From NCBI GenBank assembly GCA_031371785.1, contig JANMKC010000010.1:389-64388 (forward strand): a stretch of 64,000 bases of DNA, in the 5' to 3' direction. Every line of letters starts with the position of its first letter. The stretch's first letter is position 1. Shown one piece after another: positions 45,640 through 55,351 of this stretch. Position numbers and translations under genes: made by a program. The stretch is from Flavobacteriales bacterium (GTDB lineage: Bacteria; Bacteroidota; Bacteroidia; Flavobacteriales_F; PHOS-HE28). The notes under the pieces are model-generated. The model did not search any database. It saw only the letters and a list, made by a program, of their open reading frames with translations, and was not told the origin of the DNA.

Positions 45640-47970
45640 TCACCGCTGGATCTCGACCTGATCGGTGTTCCAAGCGGAACGCGCGGGTAGCCTCAACACC
45701 ATGGGCGCTCTTGACTTGACAAGCGGTCTGGGGGTCATACGCCGCTCGGTCTTTCGTCGGCTACGCTCCATGATCGATCGTGCCATCAGGTAGCACACCG
45801 TGCTTTCGGCCCCTTGGTTCAGGTTCACACTGTGCTCTTCCAACCCATCGTAGCAGCCGCCGGACGCGTTGTTGTACATCACTTGCGCCAAGTGGTTGCG
45901 GCCGAGGAACCATTCGAAGGCGATGTTCATTTTGCGATGATATTCCTCTTCTGCGAAGACTTCATGGAAGAGCGCCAGCGCGGAAACAGTGTATGCTGCA
46001 TCGATGGGCTGTTCGCCGAACGGATGCGGTTCCACGCCCGGTTCCAGCCATGTGCGGTTGGAGATGATGCGCAGCATATCCTCCTTGAACATGCAGCTCA
46101 GGAGGAAGCCGAACGCGGTGCGTGCCGTATCGCGGAAGGCAATGCGCTTGGTTTCCAAAAAGGCGAGCAACAAGGCTTCAGGCAATACCGCGTTGCCGTA
46201 TGTGAGAATGGGTTCGAACCATCCCCATTCCGTTGTGGCCGTGCTGCGGTAGCAGTTCAACAGGCGCTGCCCCAACCGGTCCACCAGATCCGTAATGTGC
46301 TGGCTCGACCTCACCGAGTTGTACGCGTGAAGGCCCTTGATGGCGAAGCTCACCGCTCGGGGTGACGTGAGATCCGCCACCCACGGCAGGCTGGCCCACA
46401 GCGCATGCTCCGCTTTGCGCGACATCTCAGCCGATAGAACATGCTCGTGGGCAACACATACACCCAATGCCCATACCGCGCGGCCATTGCTGTCGTCCAG
46501 GTTCTCCCGCTCGTTCTGCCGAGTGAACCCGCCGTGCTGGTCCGTGTAGTTCAGGAAATGCCCGTTCTCCTGTTGGCAACGAAGGATGTAGTCGAGGTAG
46601 CGTAACATCAACAACGTGTCCATCCCGGCTCCGCCTTCATTGTCGGCATGCATGCACCCGGCGATAAGCGCACGGGCATTGTCGTCCACTGTGTGCCCCG
46701 AAGCGAGATCGGGTTCGCTGATGTCGCAGAACTGCACCATGCCGATGGGAGTGGTGAGCCGCGCCATGTGACGCAAGGAGACCACAGGCCATTTGAACCG
46801 GAGGTGAGCGGTACCCTTTGCCCGTTCCGCGAAGGAACGCGCGTGCGCGATGGCGACATTTTCCCATGCGCTCGCGCGCATGCGGTGCAGGGCATTGCGG
46901 CCCATGCGGTCCATGCGTTCGGGATCCATCAGGAGATCGATCGCCGCTTCTGCCAGTTGTTGTGGGCTCTTGAAGTCGATCAACACGCCCGTTCCATCAT
47001 CGAGCACTTCCGCCGCGTGCGGAATGCGCGTGGAGATGACCGGACAGCCACAGCCCATGGCGTACGCGAAGGTGCCGCTCACCGCTTGCTCCGGGTCCTT
47101 GGAGGTGAACAGGTAAACGTCCGTGAGCTGCAAGTATTCCAACAGTTCGCCGAGTTCCAAGTAGCGGTCCACGAACCGCACATGGTCCTTCAATCCGAGT
47201 TCCTCCACCTTGCGCTCCAACATGTTGCGGTACGCTTCACCCTCCTGACGTACCACTTCAGGATGCGTCCGTCCGAGCACCAGGTACAGGACATTCGGCG
47301 AATGTTCCTTGATGGTCACCAACGCATCAAGCGCGGTCTCGATGCTCTTGTTGGAACTGAGCAGGCCGAAGGTGGAAAGCACTTGGCGGTCCTGCAGCCC
47401 GTACTTCTCTTTCATCAGCTGTTTGTCCTTCCACTTCACTGTATGCGTTCCGTGCGGCATCACGGTGATCTTGTCGGCGCTGATGCGATAGTCCTCGCGC
47501 AGGATGCGCGCGGAACGTTCGGTGAGCACGATGACGCCGATCGCCATGTCTGCGAGGGAACGGATCATCTCCAAGCGTTCTTGTTGTGGTGCCGGTAGTA
47601 CCGTGTGGAATGTGATGGTGACCGGTTTGTGGATCATTTGAAGGAACCGCAACAAATACTGTCCATGTCCTCCGGTGTACAGGCCGAACTCATGTTGCAC
47701 CCATACGCTTTGGATGTGCGGATCATGGTCCACCTCAAAGGCCAAGCGATCGTGATCGTCCGGATCGGATGTGTTCAGCGTGTGGGTTACCTCTTGTGGA
47801 TAGTTCCGCAGGACCGCGGGATCCTCCAAGGCGCAGATCGCATAGCGCAATGGTGCGCTGAACGTGCGGTTCAATGCGGACACCAGGTCCTGCGTGTAGG
47901 TGGCGATACCGCATACGCGCGGAGGATAGGAAGTGAGGACCAGGACCTGGTCCCGGGAAGTGCTCATCAT
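45640..47970 (-). CDS. GT4-family glycosyltransferase fused to a C-terminal alpha/alpha-toroid-like domain
   Basis: N-terminal half is GT-B/GT4-like (VLTSYPPRVCGIATY, EQAVSGTFAYAMGCGCPVISTRIPHAAEVL); roughly 380-aa helical C-terminal half. Confidence 0.7.
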   Translation of the reverse strand: MMSTSRDQVLVLTSYPPRVCGIATYTQDLVSALNRTFSAPLRYAICALEDPAVLRNYPQEVTHTLNTSDPDDHDRLAFEVDHDPHIQSVWVQHEFGLYTGGHGQYLLRFLQMIHKPVTITFHTVLPAPQQERLEMIRSLADMAIGVIVLTERSARILREDYRISADKITVMPHGTHTVKWKDKQLMKEKYGLQDRQVLSTFGLLSSNKSIETALDALVTIKEHSPNVLYLVLGRTHPEVVRQEGEAYRNMLERKVEELGLKDHVRFVDRYLELGELLEYLQLTDVYLFTSKDPEQAVSGTFAYAMGCGCPVISTRIPHAAEVLDDGTGVLIDFKSPQQLAEAAIDLLMDPERMDRMGRNALHRMRASAWENVAIAHARSFAERAKGTAHLRFKWPVVSLRHMARLTTPIGMVQFCDISEPDLASGHTVDDNARALIAGCMHADNEGGAGMDTLLMLRYLDYILRCQQENGHFLNYTDQHGGFTRQNERENLDDSNGRAVWALGVCVAHEHVLSAEMSRKAEHALWASLPWVADLTSPRAVSFAIKGLHAYNSVRSSQHITDLVDRLGQRLLNCYRSTATTEWGWFEPILTYGNAVLPEALLLAFLETKRIAFRDTARTAFGFLLSCMFKEDMLRIISNRTWLEPGVEPHPFGEQPIDAAYTVSALALFHEVFAEEEYHRKMNIAFEWFLGRNHLAQVMYNNASGGCYDGLEEHSVNLNQGAESTVCYLMARSIMERSRRKTERRMTPRPLVKSRAPMVLRLPARSAWNTDQVEIQR

Positions 47971-49040
47971 GATGCGTTCTTTTTCAATTGTTCCAACAGC
48001 GCGGACAGCTTCACGGAAGCAACCGCCACACGTTCATCCGCCGCACCGTAATAGATGTAGAGGTCATCATCGAACACAGCAGTGCCGGAGGGGAAGACGA
48101 TGTTCTTCACGTAGCCTTCCTTCTCCCAGGATTCCTGCGGCGAGATCAACGGCTTCTTCAACCGGCCGATCACCTTCCGTGGATCATGGGGATCGAGCAG
48201 CGCAGCACACGCGTGGTATACGAAGCCGTGGGGCGTGTCCTCAGCCGAATGATATATGATGAGCCAGCCATCGTCCGTCTCGATCGGTGGCGCCCCCCCA
48301 CCGATGTGGCTGGACTCATGCGGCAGCAATGGATCCATGACGATGTGTTGTTCGAGGTCCATGAGATACTTCTCCCAGAACCCCTTGTCCAATTCCTTCG
48401 GGTCGTCGAAGAACACGATCTGGATACCGGGGTGTATGCGGTGCAGCATCGCGAACCGGCCCTTGATCTTCCGTGGGAAGAACATGATGTTCTTGTCCCA
48501 CAGCAAGAGCTTGTCAGCCATGTCCTCTCCCAGACCATGCTCCTTCAACATCTTGTAGTGGAAGAGGTATTTCTGGTTCAGACCAGGGCAGCAGTCGATG
48601 AGCTTCTTGAACTCACGATAGGTGAACTGCGGCGTGATCACCGGATGCTTCGTGAAGGTCTGCAGGTCCTTCGACGTGGCATACGCGCCAAGCGCGTTCA
48701 TGCGGTCGTACACGGTGTACGTGAGGTAATAGGTGTCATCGATCTTCACGATGCGCGGGTCCTCGATGCCCTGCGACTCGTACGGGTGCTCGGGGATCAT
48801 CAGCGGCTTGTCCGCCCGCATGGCTACTTCCCGTGGTCCGTTCAAAATGCAATGACCAACAGCGGAATAGTTACCATGGCGTACAGCGCGGTAGAACATG
48901 TGTACATCACCACCCACGCGGATGCACGCGGGGTTGAGCGCACCGGCGTTCTCGAATCCGAGGTCGCTTTTGTCCAGAACCACTCCGTGGCGCACCACTT
49001 CCAGTTCCATTTGCGTGTGTGTCATAGTTCCGCTGATCAT
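47967..49040 (-). CDS. GH130-family glycoside phosphorylase/hydrolase-like protein
   Basis: NPACIRVGGDVHMFYRAV, GIEDPRIVKIDDTYYLTYT, WDKNIMFFPRKI, DDLYIYYGAADERVAVASV; ATGA overlap with downstream GT4 gene. Confidence 0.75.
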   Translation of the reverse strand: MISGTMTHTQMELEVVRHGVVLDKSDLGFENAGALNPACIRVGGDVHMFYRAVRHGNYSAVGHCILNGPREVAMRADKPLMIPEHPYESQGIEDPRIVKIDDTYYLTYTVYDRMNALGAYATSKDLQTFTKHPVITPQFTYREFKKLIDCCPGLNQKYLFHYKMLKEHGLGEDMADKLLLWDKNIMFFPRKIKGRFAMLHRIHPGIQIVFFDDPKELDKGFWEKYLMDLEQHIVMDPLLPHESSHIGGGAPPIETDDGWLIIYHSAEDTPHGFVYHACAALLDPHDPRKVIGRLKKPLISPQESWEKEGYVKNIVFPSGTAVFDDDLYIYYGAADERVAVASVKLSALLEQLKKNAS

Positions 49041-49049
49041 CTTGTCGGG

Positions 49050-49241
49050 TTATCGGGTATGCTGCATTACAACTACGGGTTCACGCTTGCCGGTCTTGCC
49101 CAAATCGTGGCCTTCGTATTCATCCAGCTGGCCGACACCGCTTTTCGGTGTGCCCTGCCCGCTCTTTTTGCCGTCGCCCTTCTTGTCTTGCTTGACATCG
49201 TGAGCTTTGGTCGTGCTCACTTTCTCATCGCGCTTTGTCAT
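49050..49241 (-). CDS. Small Lys-rich hydrophilic protein (63 aa), hypothetical
   Basis: Ends 9 nt before the GH130 start, same strand; GC-rich third positions; no homology recognised. Confidence 0.35.
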   Translation of the reverse strand: MTKRDEKVSTTKAHDVKQDKKGDGKKSGQGTPKSGVGQLDEYEGHDLGKTGKREPVVVMQHTR

Positions 49242-49574
49242 TGTAGCAGGTTTTGAATTTGCTGGGCTGGCAAGTCGGCCCTCGGAACTTCCACGGCCTT
49301 CGTGTTGAGTTGGTGCAAACGATCATCCGATCAGGTGGGCATTCGGCGTGAATGCGCTGATCGCTTGACACCACTGTGATCCGCGCGGATCGGTGACAAA
49401 GGATCGGTCGATCTAATTGAGGCGCGATGGGGTGATCACGCCTCAATGCGCATGATGACGGGATCACCGGGGTGGTCTTGCCCCATATCCTGCTCTGCCC
49501 CAAGCGCCTTTGGTTGAAGGACGATCCTCAGGGTCGATCTACCTGCCGGCCTTCCGCGTTCATGAATGTCAGGC

Positions 49575-49717
49575 TCAGCCTTCGAGCGTCCGCTTCACCT
49601 CCACCATCTCGAACGCTTCCACGTTGTCACCCACCTTGATGTCGTTGAAGTTCTTGATGCTGAGGCCACACTCATAGCCATGCGTCACCTCCTTCGCATC
49701 GTCCTTGAAGCGCTTGA
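49575..49717 (-). pseudogene. Detached copy of the infB 3' end (last 46 codons plus stop)
   Basis: Encodes [46 protein letters not shown], against ...RTLDG* in infB; 128 of 131 core nt identical to 50753-50883. Confidence 0.85.
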
Positions 49718-49765
49718 ACCAACGCGAGGGTCTTCGGCGTTATCCGGAAGCCATTGCGGATCGGC

Positions 49766-49773
49766 TACTTTTG
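49766..49773 (+). promoter_or_regulatory. TAnnTTTG-type box immediately upstream of the first cassette gene
   Basis: cggctacttttg, same 12-mer core as upstream of actA; only 4 nt before ATG 49778. Confidence 0.3.
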
Positions 49774-49777
49774 TTCC

Positions 49778-50227
49778 ATGCTTCTTTGCGAGTACTCTTC
49801 GGGGGGGTTGTTGGACCTTCTCGCGAAGTTCGCGCCCATCGGAACGGCCTTCGGCGTGGTGGTGGCCGGTCTCACCTATTGGTGGAACGTACGGCAGAAA
49901 CGTTCCGAACTGATGCTGAAGCTCTACGAGAAATTCTACGAAGGGACCTTGCACAAGGACATGCGACGCAGGATCGACTACCGGACCTTGGAGAACGATC
50001 TGGCCGCCGATCCGTTACTGGAAGAGAAACTGGTGGACTACCTGAACTTCTTCGAGTTCATGGCCTCGATGTGGTCGCTTGGCCAACTGAAGGCGGTGGA
50101 GATCGAGAAGCTCTTCGCCTATTACCTGGACCTGATCGCTTCCTCGGAATACCTGTCCGGCTATCTGCGGAAGAACGGGTTCGAGGACATGGAACGCTAT
50201 ATGGCCCAGCGTGGGCAAAAAGGATGA
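49778..50227 (+). CDS. Hypothetical N-terminally membrane-anchored helical protein (DUF4760-like architecture, unverified)
   Basis: ATG 49778 (ORF track starts at TTG 49754); TM FAPIGTAFGVVVAGLTYWW followed by a helical domain of about 110 aa. Confidence 0.55.
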   Translation: MLLCEYSSGGLLDLLAKFAPIGTAFGVVVAGLTYWWNVRQKRSELMLKLYEKFYEGTLHKDMRRRIDYRTLENDLAADPLLEEKLVDYLNFFEFMASMWSLGQLKAVEIEKLFAYYLDLIASSEYLSGYLRKNGFEDMERYMAQRGQKG

Positions 50228-50703
50228 CAAGGAACGTTGACCATTTGTTCGTCTACGGCACGTTGCGGCCCGGATCATCGGCGCATGCGCGCCGCATCCT
50301 CAAGAGCAGTGCGGAGCATGTCGGCAAGGGCGAAGTGCGCTCGGCCCGTATGTTCGATCTGGGCGAATATCCCGGTGCCGTGCGGACCCGGAGCAAGCGC
50401 GAGTTCATCATCGGCGATGTCTTCCGCATCAATAAGAGCAAACTGTCCGAAGTGATGGAGGCCTTGGATGCCTATGAGGAGTTCGACCCCAGCGACCCCA
50501 AGGGCTCGCTCTATGTGCGCAAGATCACCAATGTGAAGGTGGAGGATACGGATCTGAAGGCGTGGATCTATTGGTTCAATCGCCCGGTGGAACAGGCGGT
50601 ACCGATCGAGGAAGGAGATTACAGCCGCGTGGCCGTGCGCTATGCGACAAGCCGCAACGCGCGCGTTTCCCTGCCGCGCCGTTCGAAGGCACGGGTCGTT
50701 TAG
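50224..50703 (+). CDS. Gamma-glutamylcyclotransferase-like (GGCT/AIG2-like) protein
   Basis: ATGA overlap with upstream gene; N-terminal LFVYGTLRPG motif, GEYPGAV, VFRI...LDAYEEF...YVRK layout typical of the AIG2/GGACT fold. Confidence 0.6.
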   Translation: MTRNVDHLFVYGTLRPGSSAHARRILKSSAEHVGKGEVRSARMFDLGEYPGAVRTRSKREFIIGDVFRINKSKLSEVMEALDAYEEFDPSDPKGSLYVRKITNVKVEDTDLKAWIYWFNRPVEQAVPIEEGDYSRVAVRYATSRNARVSLPRRSKARVV

Positions 50704-50740
50704 TGCTGCTGTTCCGGCGCGCGATGAGCGCTTGTGCGAC

Positions 50741-53404
50741 CTATCCGTCCAACGTCCGCTTCACCTCCACCATCTCGAACGCTTCCACGTTGTCACCCAC
50801 CTTGATGTCGTTGAAGTTCTTGATGCTGAGTCCGCACTCATAGCCATGCGTCACTTCCTTCGCATCGTCCTTGAAGCGCTTGAGGTCGCTGAGGTCGCCG
50901 GTATAGATCACGATGCCGTCGCGGATCAAACGCACCTTGGCGTTGCGCGCGATCTTGCCGTCGAGCACGTAGCAGCCTGCCACGGTGCCCACCTTGGATA
51001 TCTTGAAGGTGTTGCGCACTTCCGCCGTGCCCATGATCTTCTCCTCCTCCTTCGGCGCGAGCATGCCTTCCATGGCCTGCTTCAGCTCCTCGATGGCGTT
51101 GTAGATGATCGAATACAGGCGGATCTCGATCTCCTCGCTTTCCGCCAGCTTGCGCGCACCCACCGTAGGGCGCACCTGGAAGCCGACGATGATAGCGTTG
51201 GAGGCCGATGCGAGCAGCACGTCACTTTCGGCGATGGGGCCCACGGCCTTGTGGATCACGTTCACCTTGATGTTCTCGGTGCTCAGTTTGAGCAGTGAAT
51301 CGGTGAGCGCTTCCACGGAACCGTCCACGTCGCCTTTCACGATCACATTGAGCTCCTTGAAATCGCCGATCGCCAAGCGGCGGCCGATCTCGTCGAGGGT
51401 GATGTGCTTGCGCGTGCGCATGCCCTGCTCGCGCTGAAGTTGCTGGCGACGCGTGGCGATCTGGCGCGCTTCGCGATCGTCCTCCATCACATGGAAGTGA
51501 TCGCCCGCGTTGGGCGCACCGTCCAGACCGAGGATCGATATCGGCGTTGATGGGCCCGCTTCCGTAACAGCTTGGCCGCGTTCGTTGAACATGTTCCGCA
51601 CGCGGCCGCTGTACTGGCCCACGAGCAGTACCTCGCCCTTGTGCAGGGTGCCCGCCTCCACCAGCAGGGTGGTCACGTAACCGCGACCCACTTCCAATGT
51701 GCTCTCGATCACCACGCCCATGGCGCGTTTGCCAGGGTCGGCCTTCAGGTCCAACAGATCAGCTTCGAGAAGCACCTTCTCCAGGAGCTGGTCCACCCCG
51801 GTGCCCTTCTTCGCACTGATCTCCTGCGTCTGGTATTTGCCGCCCCACTCCTCCACCAGGATGTTCATCTGGCTGAGCTGATCGCGGATCTTCTCCGCGT
51901 TGGCGTTGGGCTTGTCGATCTTGTTGAAGGCGAAGACCATGGGTACGCCGGCGGCTTGCGCATGGTTTATCGCTTCGCGCGTCTGCGGCATCACGCTGTC
52001 GTCCGATGCGATCACGATGATGGCGATGTCCGTGACCTGCGCGCCGCGTGCACGCATGGCGGTAAAGGCTTCGTGGCCCGGCGTATCGAGGAAGGCGATG
52101 CGCTTGCCGTTCTCCAGTTCAACACTGTACGCGCCGATGTGCTGGGTGATGCCTCCGGCCTCGCCCGCGATCACGTTCGCTTTGCGGATGTGGTCGAGCA
52201 GGGAGGTTTTGCCATGGTCCACGTGGCCCATGACCGTGACGATGGGCGCGCGATGCACAACGCGCGTCGGATCGTCCACCTCCTCCATCACGTTCTCCTC
52301 GTTGTCCGCACCGACGAACTCCACGGTGAAGCCATACTCTTCCGCGATCACCGCGAGCGTTTCCGCATCGAGGCGCTGATTGATGCTCACCATCATGCCC
52401 AACGCGAAACAGGCCTTGATGATGTCCGTTACCGGCACGCTCATCATGGAGGCCAGTTCGCTCGCCGTCACGAATTCGGTCACCTTCAAGGTCTTGCCAG
52501 CGAGATCGCGGGCGGCCTGTTCCTCCTCGAAGCGTTGGAAGCGTTGATCCCGTTTCTCGCGGCGTACTTTCTGGCCACGGCCTTTACCGCCTCCAGTGAG
52601 GCGGGCGAGCGTTTCGCTCACCTTGCGCTTCACCGCGTTCTCGTCCAACTCGCCGGGACGACCGGTGGAAGGTGGGGTGCGCTGCTCTTGCTGAACGGTG
52701 CGCTCCACGTTCACCGGGCCGGGCTTCACGATGCGCTTGCGGCGACCACGATCGTTGTCTCCGGGGCGTTCGCTCGGCTTGCGTTCCCGCTCAACGGGCA
52801 GCTCGATCTTGCCCAGGCTTTTCACTCCTGTGAGCTTCGCCACGTTCACGCGGATGGTCTCCGGCTCGGCGACAGGCTCAGGCGCACGGGCAGGGGCAAT
52901 AGCGGCCGGGGCAGAAGCAGGGACAGGAGCAGTGGCTTCCGGCTCTGCCTTGGCGGTCTTTTTCGCGGTTTTCTTGGGTGGGTCCAGATCGATCTTGCCC
53001 AGGGTCTTCGGGCCTTCGACCTTGTCGGCCTTGGCCTTGATCACTTCATCCGGTGGCTTCGCGACAGGAGGGACAGCTTGTGTTTCTGGGGCAGGCGCAG
53101 GGGCAAGCGCAGGGGCAGGGACGGGAGGTGCCTTGCGCGGTGCCTCTTTCGAAACGCTGTGCATGATCACGCTCTCACGCTCCTGGCGCGCTTGCACGGT
53201 CTGCTTGCTCGCTTCCTTCTCCGCTTTGTCGGTTCCGAATTGCCCTAGCAGCAACTCATACTCCGCTCCGCTGATCTTGGCGTTGGGGTTCTGCTCCACG
53301 GAGTAGCCCTTGGAGGCCAGGAATTCCACCACGGTGTGCAACCCTTGGTTGAACTCGCGAGCCACCTTGCTCAATCGCACTGTCTTGTCCGCCGTTTCGC
53401 TCAT
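50741..53404 (-). CDS. infB: Translation initiation factor IF-2
   Basis: [25 protein letters not shown] GTPase motifs; disordered Ala/Pro/Lys-rich N-terminal region. Confidence 0.95.
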   Translation of the reverse strand: MSETADKTVRLSKVAREFNQGLHTVVEFLASKGYSVEQNPNAKISGAEYELLLGQFGTDKAEKEASKQTVQARQERESVIMHSVSKEAPRKAPPVPAPALAPAPAPETQAVPPVAKPPDEVIKAKADKVEGPKTLGKIDLDPPKKTAKKTAKAEPEATAPVPASAPAAIAPARAPEPVAEPETIRVNVAKLTGVKSLGKIELPVERERKPSERPGDNDRGRRKRIVKPGPVNVERTVQQEQRTPPSTGRPGELDENAVKRKVSETLARLTGGGKGRGQKVRREKRDQRFQRFEEEQAARDLAGKTLKVTEFVTASELASMMSVPVTDIIKACFALGMMVSINQRLDAETLAVIAEEYGFTVEFVGADNEENVMEEVDDPTRVVHRAPIVTVMGHVDHGKTSLLDHIRKANVIAGEAGGITQHIGAYSVELENGKRIAFLDTPGHEAFTAMRARGAQVTDIAIIVIASDDSVMPQTREAINHAQAAGVPMVFAFNKIDKPNANAEKIRDQLSQMNILVEEWGGKYQTQEISAKKGTGVDQLLEKVLLEADLLDLKADPGKRAMGVVIESTLEVGRGYVTTLLVEAGTLHKGEVLLVGQYSGRVRNMFNERGQAVTEAGPSTPISILGLDGAPNAGDHFHVMEDDREARQIATRRQQLQREQGMRTRKHITLDEIGRRLAIGDFKELNVIVKGDVDGSVEALTDSLLKLSTENIKVNVIHKAVGPIAESDVLLASASNAIIVGFQVRPTVGARKLAESEEIEIRLYSIIYNAIEELKQAMEGMLAPKEEEKIMGTAEVRNTFKISKVGTVAGCYVLDGKIARNAKVRLIRDGIVIYTGDLSDLKRFKDDAKEVTHGYECGLSIKNFNDIKVGDNVEAFEMVEVKRTLDG

Positions 53405-53513
53405 TCAACTCCCCGACTTGTCGGGGTCCCCTTGGTTTTGTTTCCCTTCTGCTTGGATGATGCGTCCATCGCCCTTGCCGTCTATCTCATGCGGGCGACG
53501 CGAGCGTCTCCCC

Positions 53514-54752
53514 TTACTTGTCCAATTCCATCTTCAGGATCCTCAATACCTCCGTAACCGTTTCCTCTTCCAGGTCCGTGCGCTTCACCAGTTCCTCTGC
53601 GCCGATCTCCACCACACTGCGTGCGGTATCACAACCGATGCCTTTCAGCTCGTCGATGATCCAGTGGTCGATCTCGTCGGCGAATTCCTCCAGGTCCACG
53701 TCATCGGTCACTTCGTCGCTGTCGCGATACACGTCGATGTCGTAGCCGGTGAGCCTTCCGGCGAGCTTGATGTTGTGGCCGCCCTTGCCGATGGCCAACG
53801 CCACCTGGTCAGGCTTCATGTACACCTCGGCGCGCTTGTTCTCCACGTCCAGTTTGATGTTGCCGATCTTGGCGGGGCTCAGTGCGCGCTGGATCAGCAG
53901 TTGGTCGTTGGCCGTGTAGTTGATCACGTCGATGTTCTCGTTCCTGAGCTCGCGAACGATGCCGTGGATGCGTGAGCCTTTCATGCCCACGCACGCGCCC
54001 ACTGGATCGATGCGATCATCATAGCTCTCCACGGCGACCTTGGCGCGCTCGCCCGGTTCACGCACGATGCGCTTGATGGTGATGAGGCCGTCGGCCACTT
54101 CGGGTACTTCCTGCTCGAACAGCTTCTCGAGGAACTCCGGCGCGGTGCGGCTCAGGATCACGCGCGGACTGTTGTTGTACATCTCCACCTTCCACACCAC
54201 GGCGCGCACGTTGTCGCCTTTCTTGAAGAAGTCCGTCTTGATCTGCTGGTCCTTGGGCATGATCAGCTCATTGCCCTCATCGTCCAGGATCAATGTTTCG
54301 CGTTTCCAGATCTGGTACACCTCACCGGTGATGATCTCGCCGACGCGCTCCTTGTATTTGTTGTAGAGGTGGTCCTTCTCCAGTTCCATGATGCGGCCTT
54401 GGAGGTTCTGCTTGATGGAAAGGATATTGCGCCGCAGGAAATCGTTGATCTTCAGTTCTTGGCTCACCTCCTCGCCTACTTCGAAGTCAGGTTCGATCTT
54501 GCGCGCCTCGGCCAGTTCGATCTCCAGCGCGTCGTCCTCGCTCATGCCGTCCTCCACGATCACGCGGTTCAGCCAGATCTCCAGATCACCCTTGTCGGGG
54601 TTGATGATGACGTCCACGTTGGCTTCTTCGCCGTACTTCTTTTTCACGACGCCTTTGAACACGTCTTCCAGGATGCCCATCATGGTCACCCGGTCAATGT
54701 TCTTCATGTCCTTGAACTCGGAGAAGGACTCAATAAGGTTCACGGTGCTCAT
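53514..54752 (-). CDS. nusA: Transcription termination/antitermination factor NusA
   Basis: S1 and KH regions (GACVGMKGSRIHGIVRELRNENIDVI); rimP-nusA-infB order. Confidence 0.93.
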   Translation of the reverse strand: MSTVNLIESFSEFKDMKNIDRVTMMGILEDVFKGVVKKKYGEEANVDVIINPDKGDLEIWLNRVIVEDGMSEDDALEIELAEARKIEPDFEVGEEVSQELKINDFLRRNILSIKQNLQGRIMELEKDHLYNKYKERVGEIITGEVYQIWKRETLILDDEGNELIMPKDQQIKTDFFKKGDNVRAVVWKVEMYNNSPRVILSRTAPEFLEKLFEQEVPEVADGLITIKRIVREPGERAKVAVESYDDRIDPVGACVGMKGSRIHGIVRELRNENIDVINYTANDQLLIQRALSPAKIGNIKLDVENKRAEVYMKPDQVALAIGKGGHNIKLAGRLTGYDIDVYRDSDEVTDDVDLEEFADEIDHWIIDELKGIGCDTARSVVEIGAEELVKRTDLEEETVTEVLRILKMELDK

Positions 54753-54762
54753 GGCACTTGCT

Positions 54763-55227
54763 TCAGTTGAATTGGATGCTTGCTTGTGTCGACTTGATGT
54801 CGGCGAACACGATCGCCGTTGTGTCCTTGTCCAATTTAGCCGGGCGGCCCTTCACCTTGCTGGGTTGTTCGATGCGGACGGTGATGCCCTTATCATCGAA
54901 CGAGACCAGTTGGGCGCGCAGGAGCGTTCCATCGGTGCGCAGCACTTCCACGATGCGGCCGATGTGCTTCTGGAATTGGCGCTTCACCTTGAAGGGCCTG
55001 CCCATGCCGGGGCTGCTCACTTCCAGCTCCACGTCATCCAGCGCTTCGCCGAAGGCGTCGCGCAATCCGCGATTGATGGAGGTGAGATCGCTCAGGGTGA
55101 TCGCCTTGTCATTGTCCACCTCCACAATGGCCTTGCCGCTGGGGCGCACTTCGGCATGCACCAGGAAATGCGGTGTGTCCGCCAACTGGCGTTCCAATGC
55201 TTCGGTGAGCGTGGTCGTGGTGATCAT
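54763..55227 (-). CDS. rimP: Ribosome maturation factor RimP
   Basis: 154 aa, LEVSSPGMGRPFKVKRQFQKHIGR; directly upstream of nusA. Confidence 0.85.
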   Translation of the reverse strand: MITTTTLTEALERQLADTPHFLVHAEVRPSGKAIVEVDNDKAITLSDLTSINRGLRDAFGEALDDVELEVSSPGMGRPFKVKRQFQKHIGRIVEVLRTDGTLLRAQLVSFDDKGITVRIEQPSKVKGRPAKLDKDTTAIVFADIKSTQASIQFN

Positions 55228-55251
55228 TTCCGTCCTTCACCGGTGGGGAAC

Positions 55252-55276
55252 AAAAAAGAGGGGCGGTCCCCTCTTT
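55252..55276 (-). terminator. Rho-independent terminator after the kinase gene
   Basis: Minus strand reads aaagagggg-accg-cccctcttt followed by tttg; 9-bp stem, 4-nt loop, U-tract. Confidence 0.7.
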
Positions 55277-55351
55277 CCTCTTGCCCGCCGCGAATCGGGT
55301 GCGAATGTAGTGATCGCGGGGGAATGTCGGGTGAAGGGTTCGGTGGGCCGT

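Larger units (their letters stand above)
49575..50883. mobile_element. Putative integrated cassette bounded by 143-bp direct repeats of the infB 3' end; no recombinase inside
   Basis: Direct repeats 49575-49717 and 50741-50883 flank 1023 bp of unique DNA carrying two plus-strand genes. Confidence 0.5.

Noticed and set aside
46210-46220. gggttcgaacc, a tRNA T-arm-like motif
   Set aside because: It lies inside the well-supported GT4-fusion coding sequence. No acceptor or anticodon stems are around it.
49566-49913. Plus-strand ORFs 49566-49913 and 50642-51298, both beginning ..[26 protein letters not shown]
   Set aside because: They are antisense readings of the two infB 3'-end copies. Their similarity only reflects the duplication.
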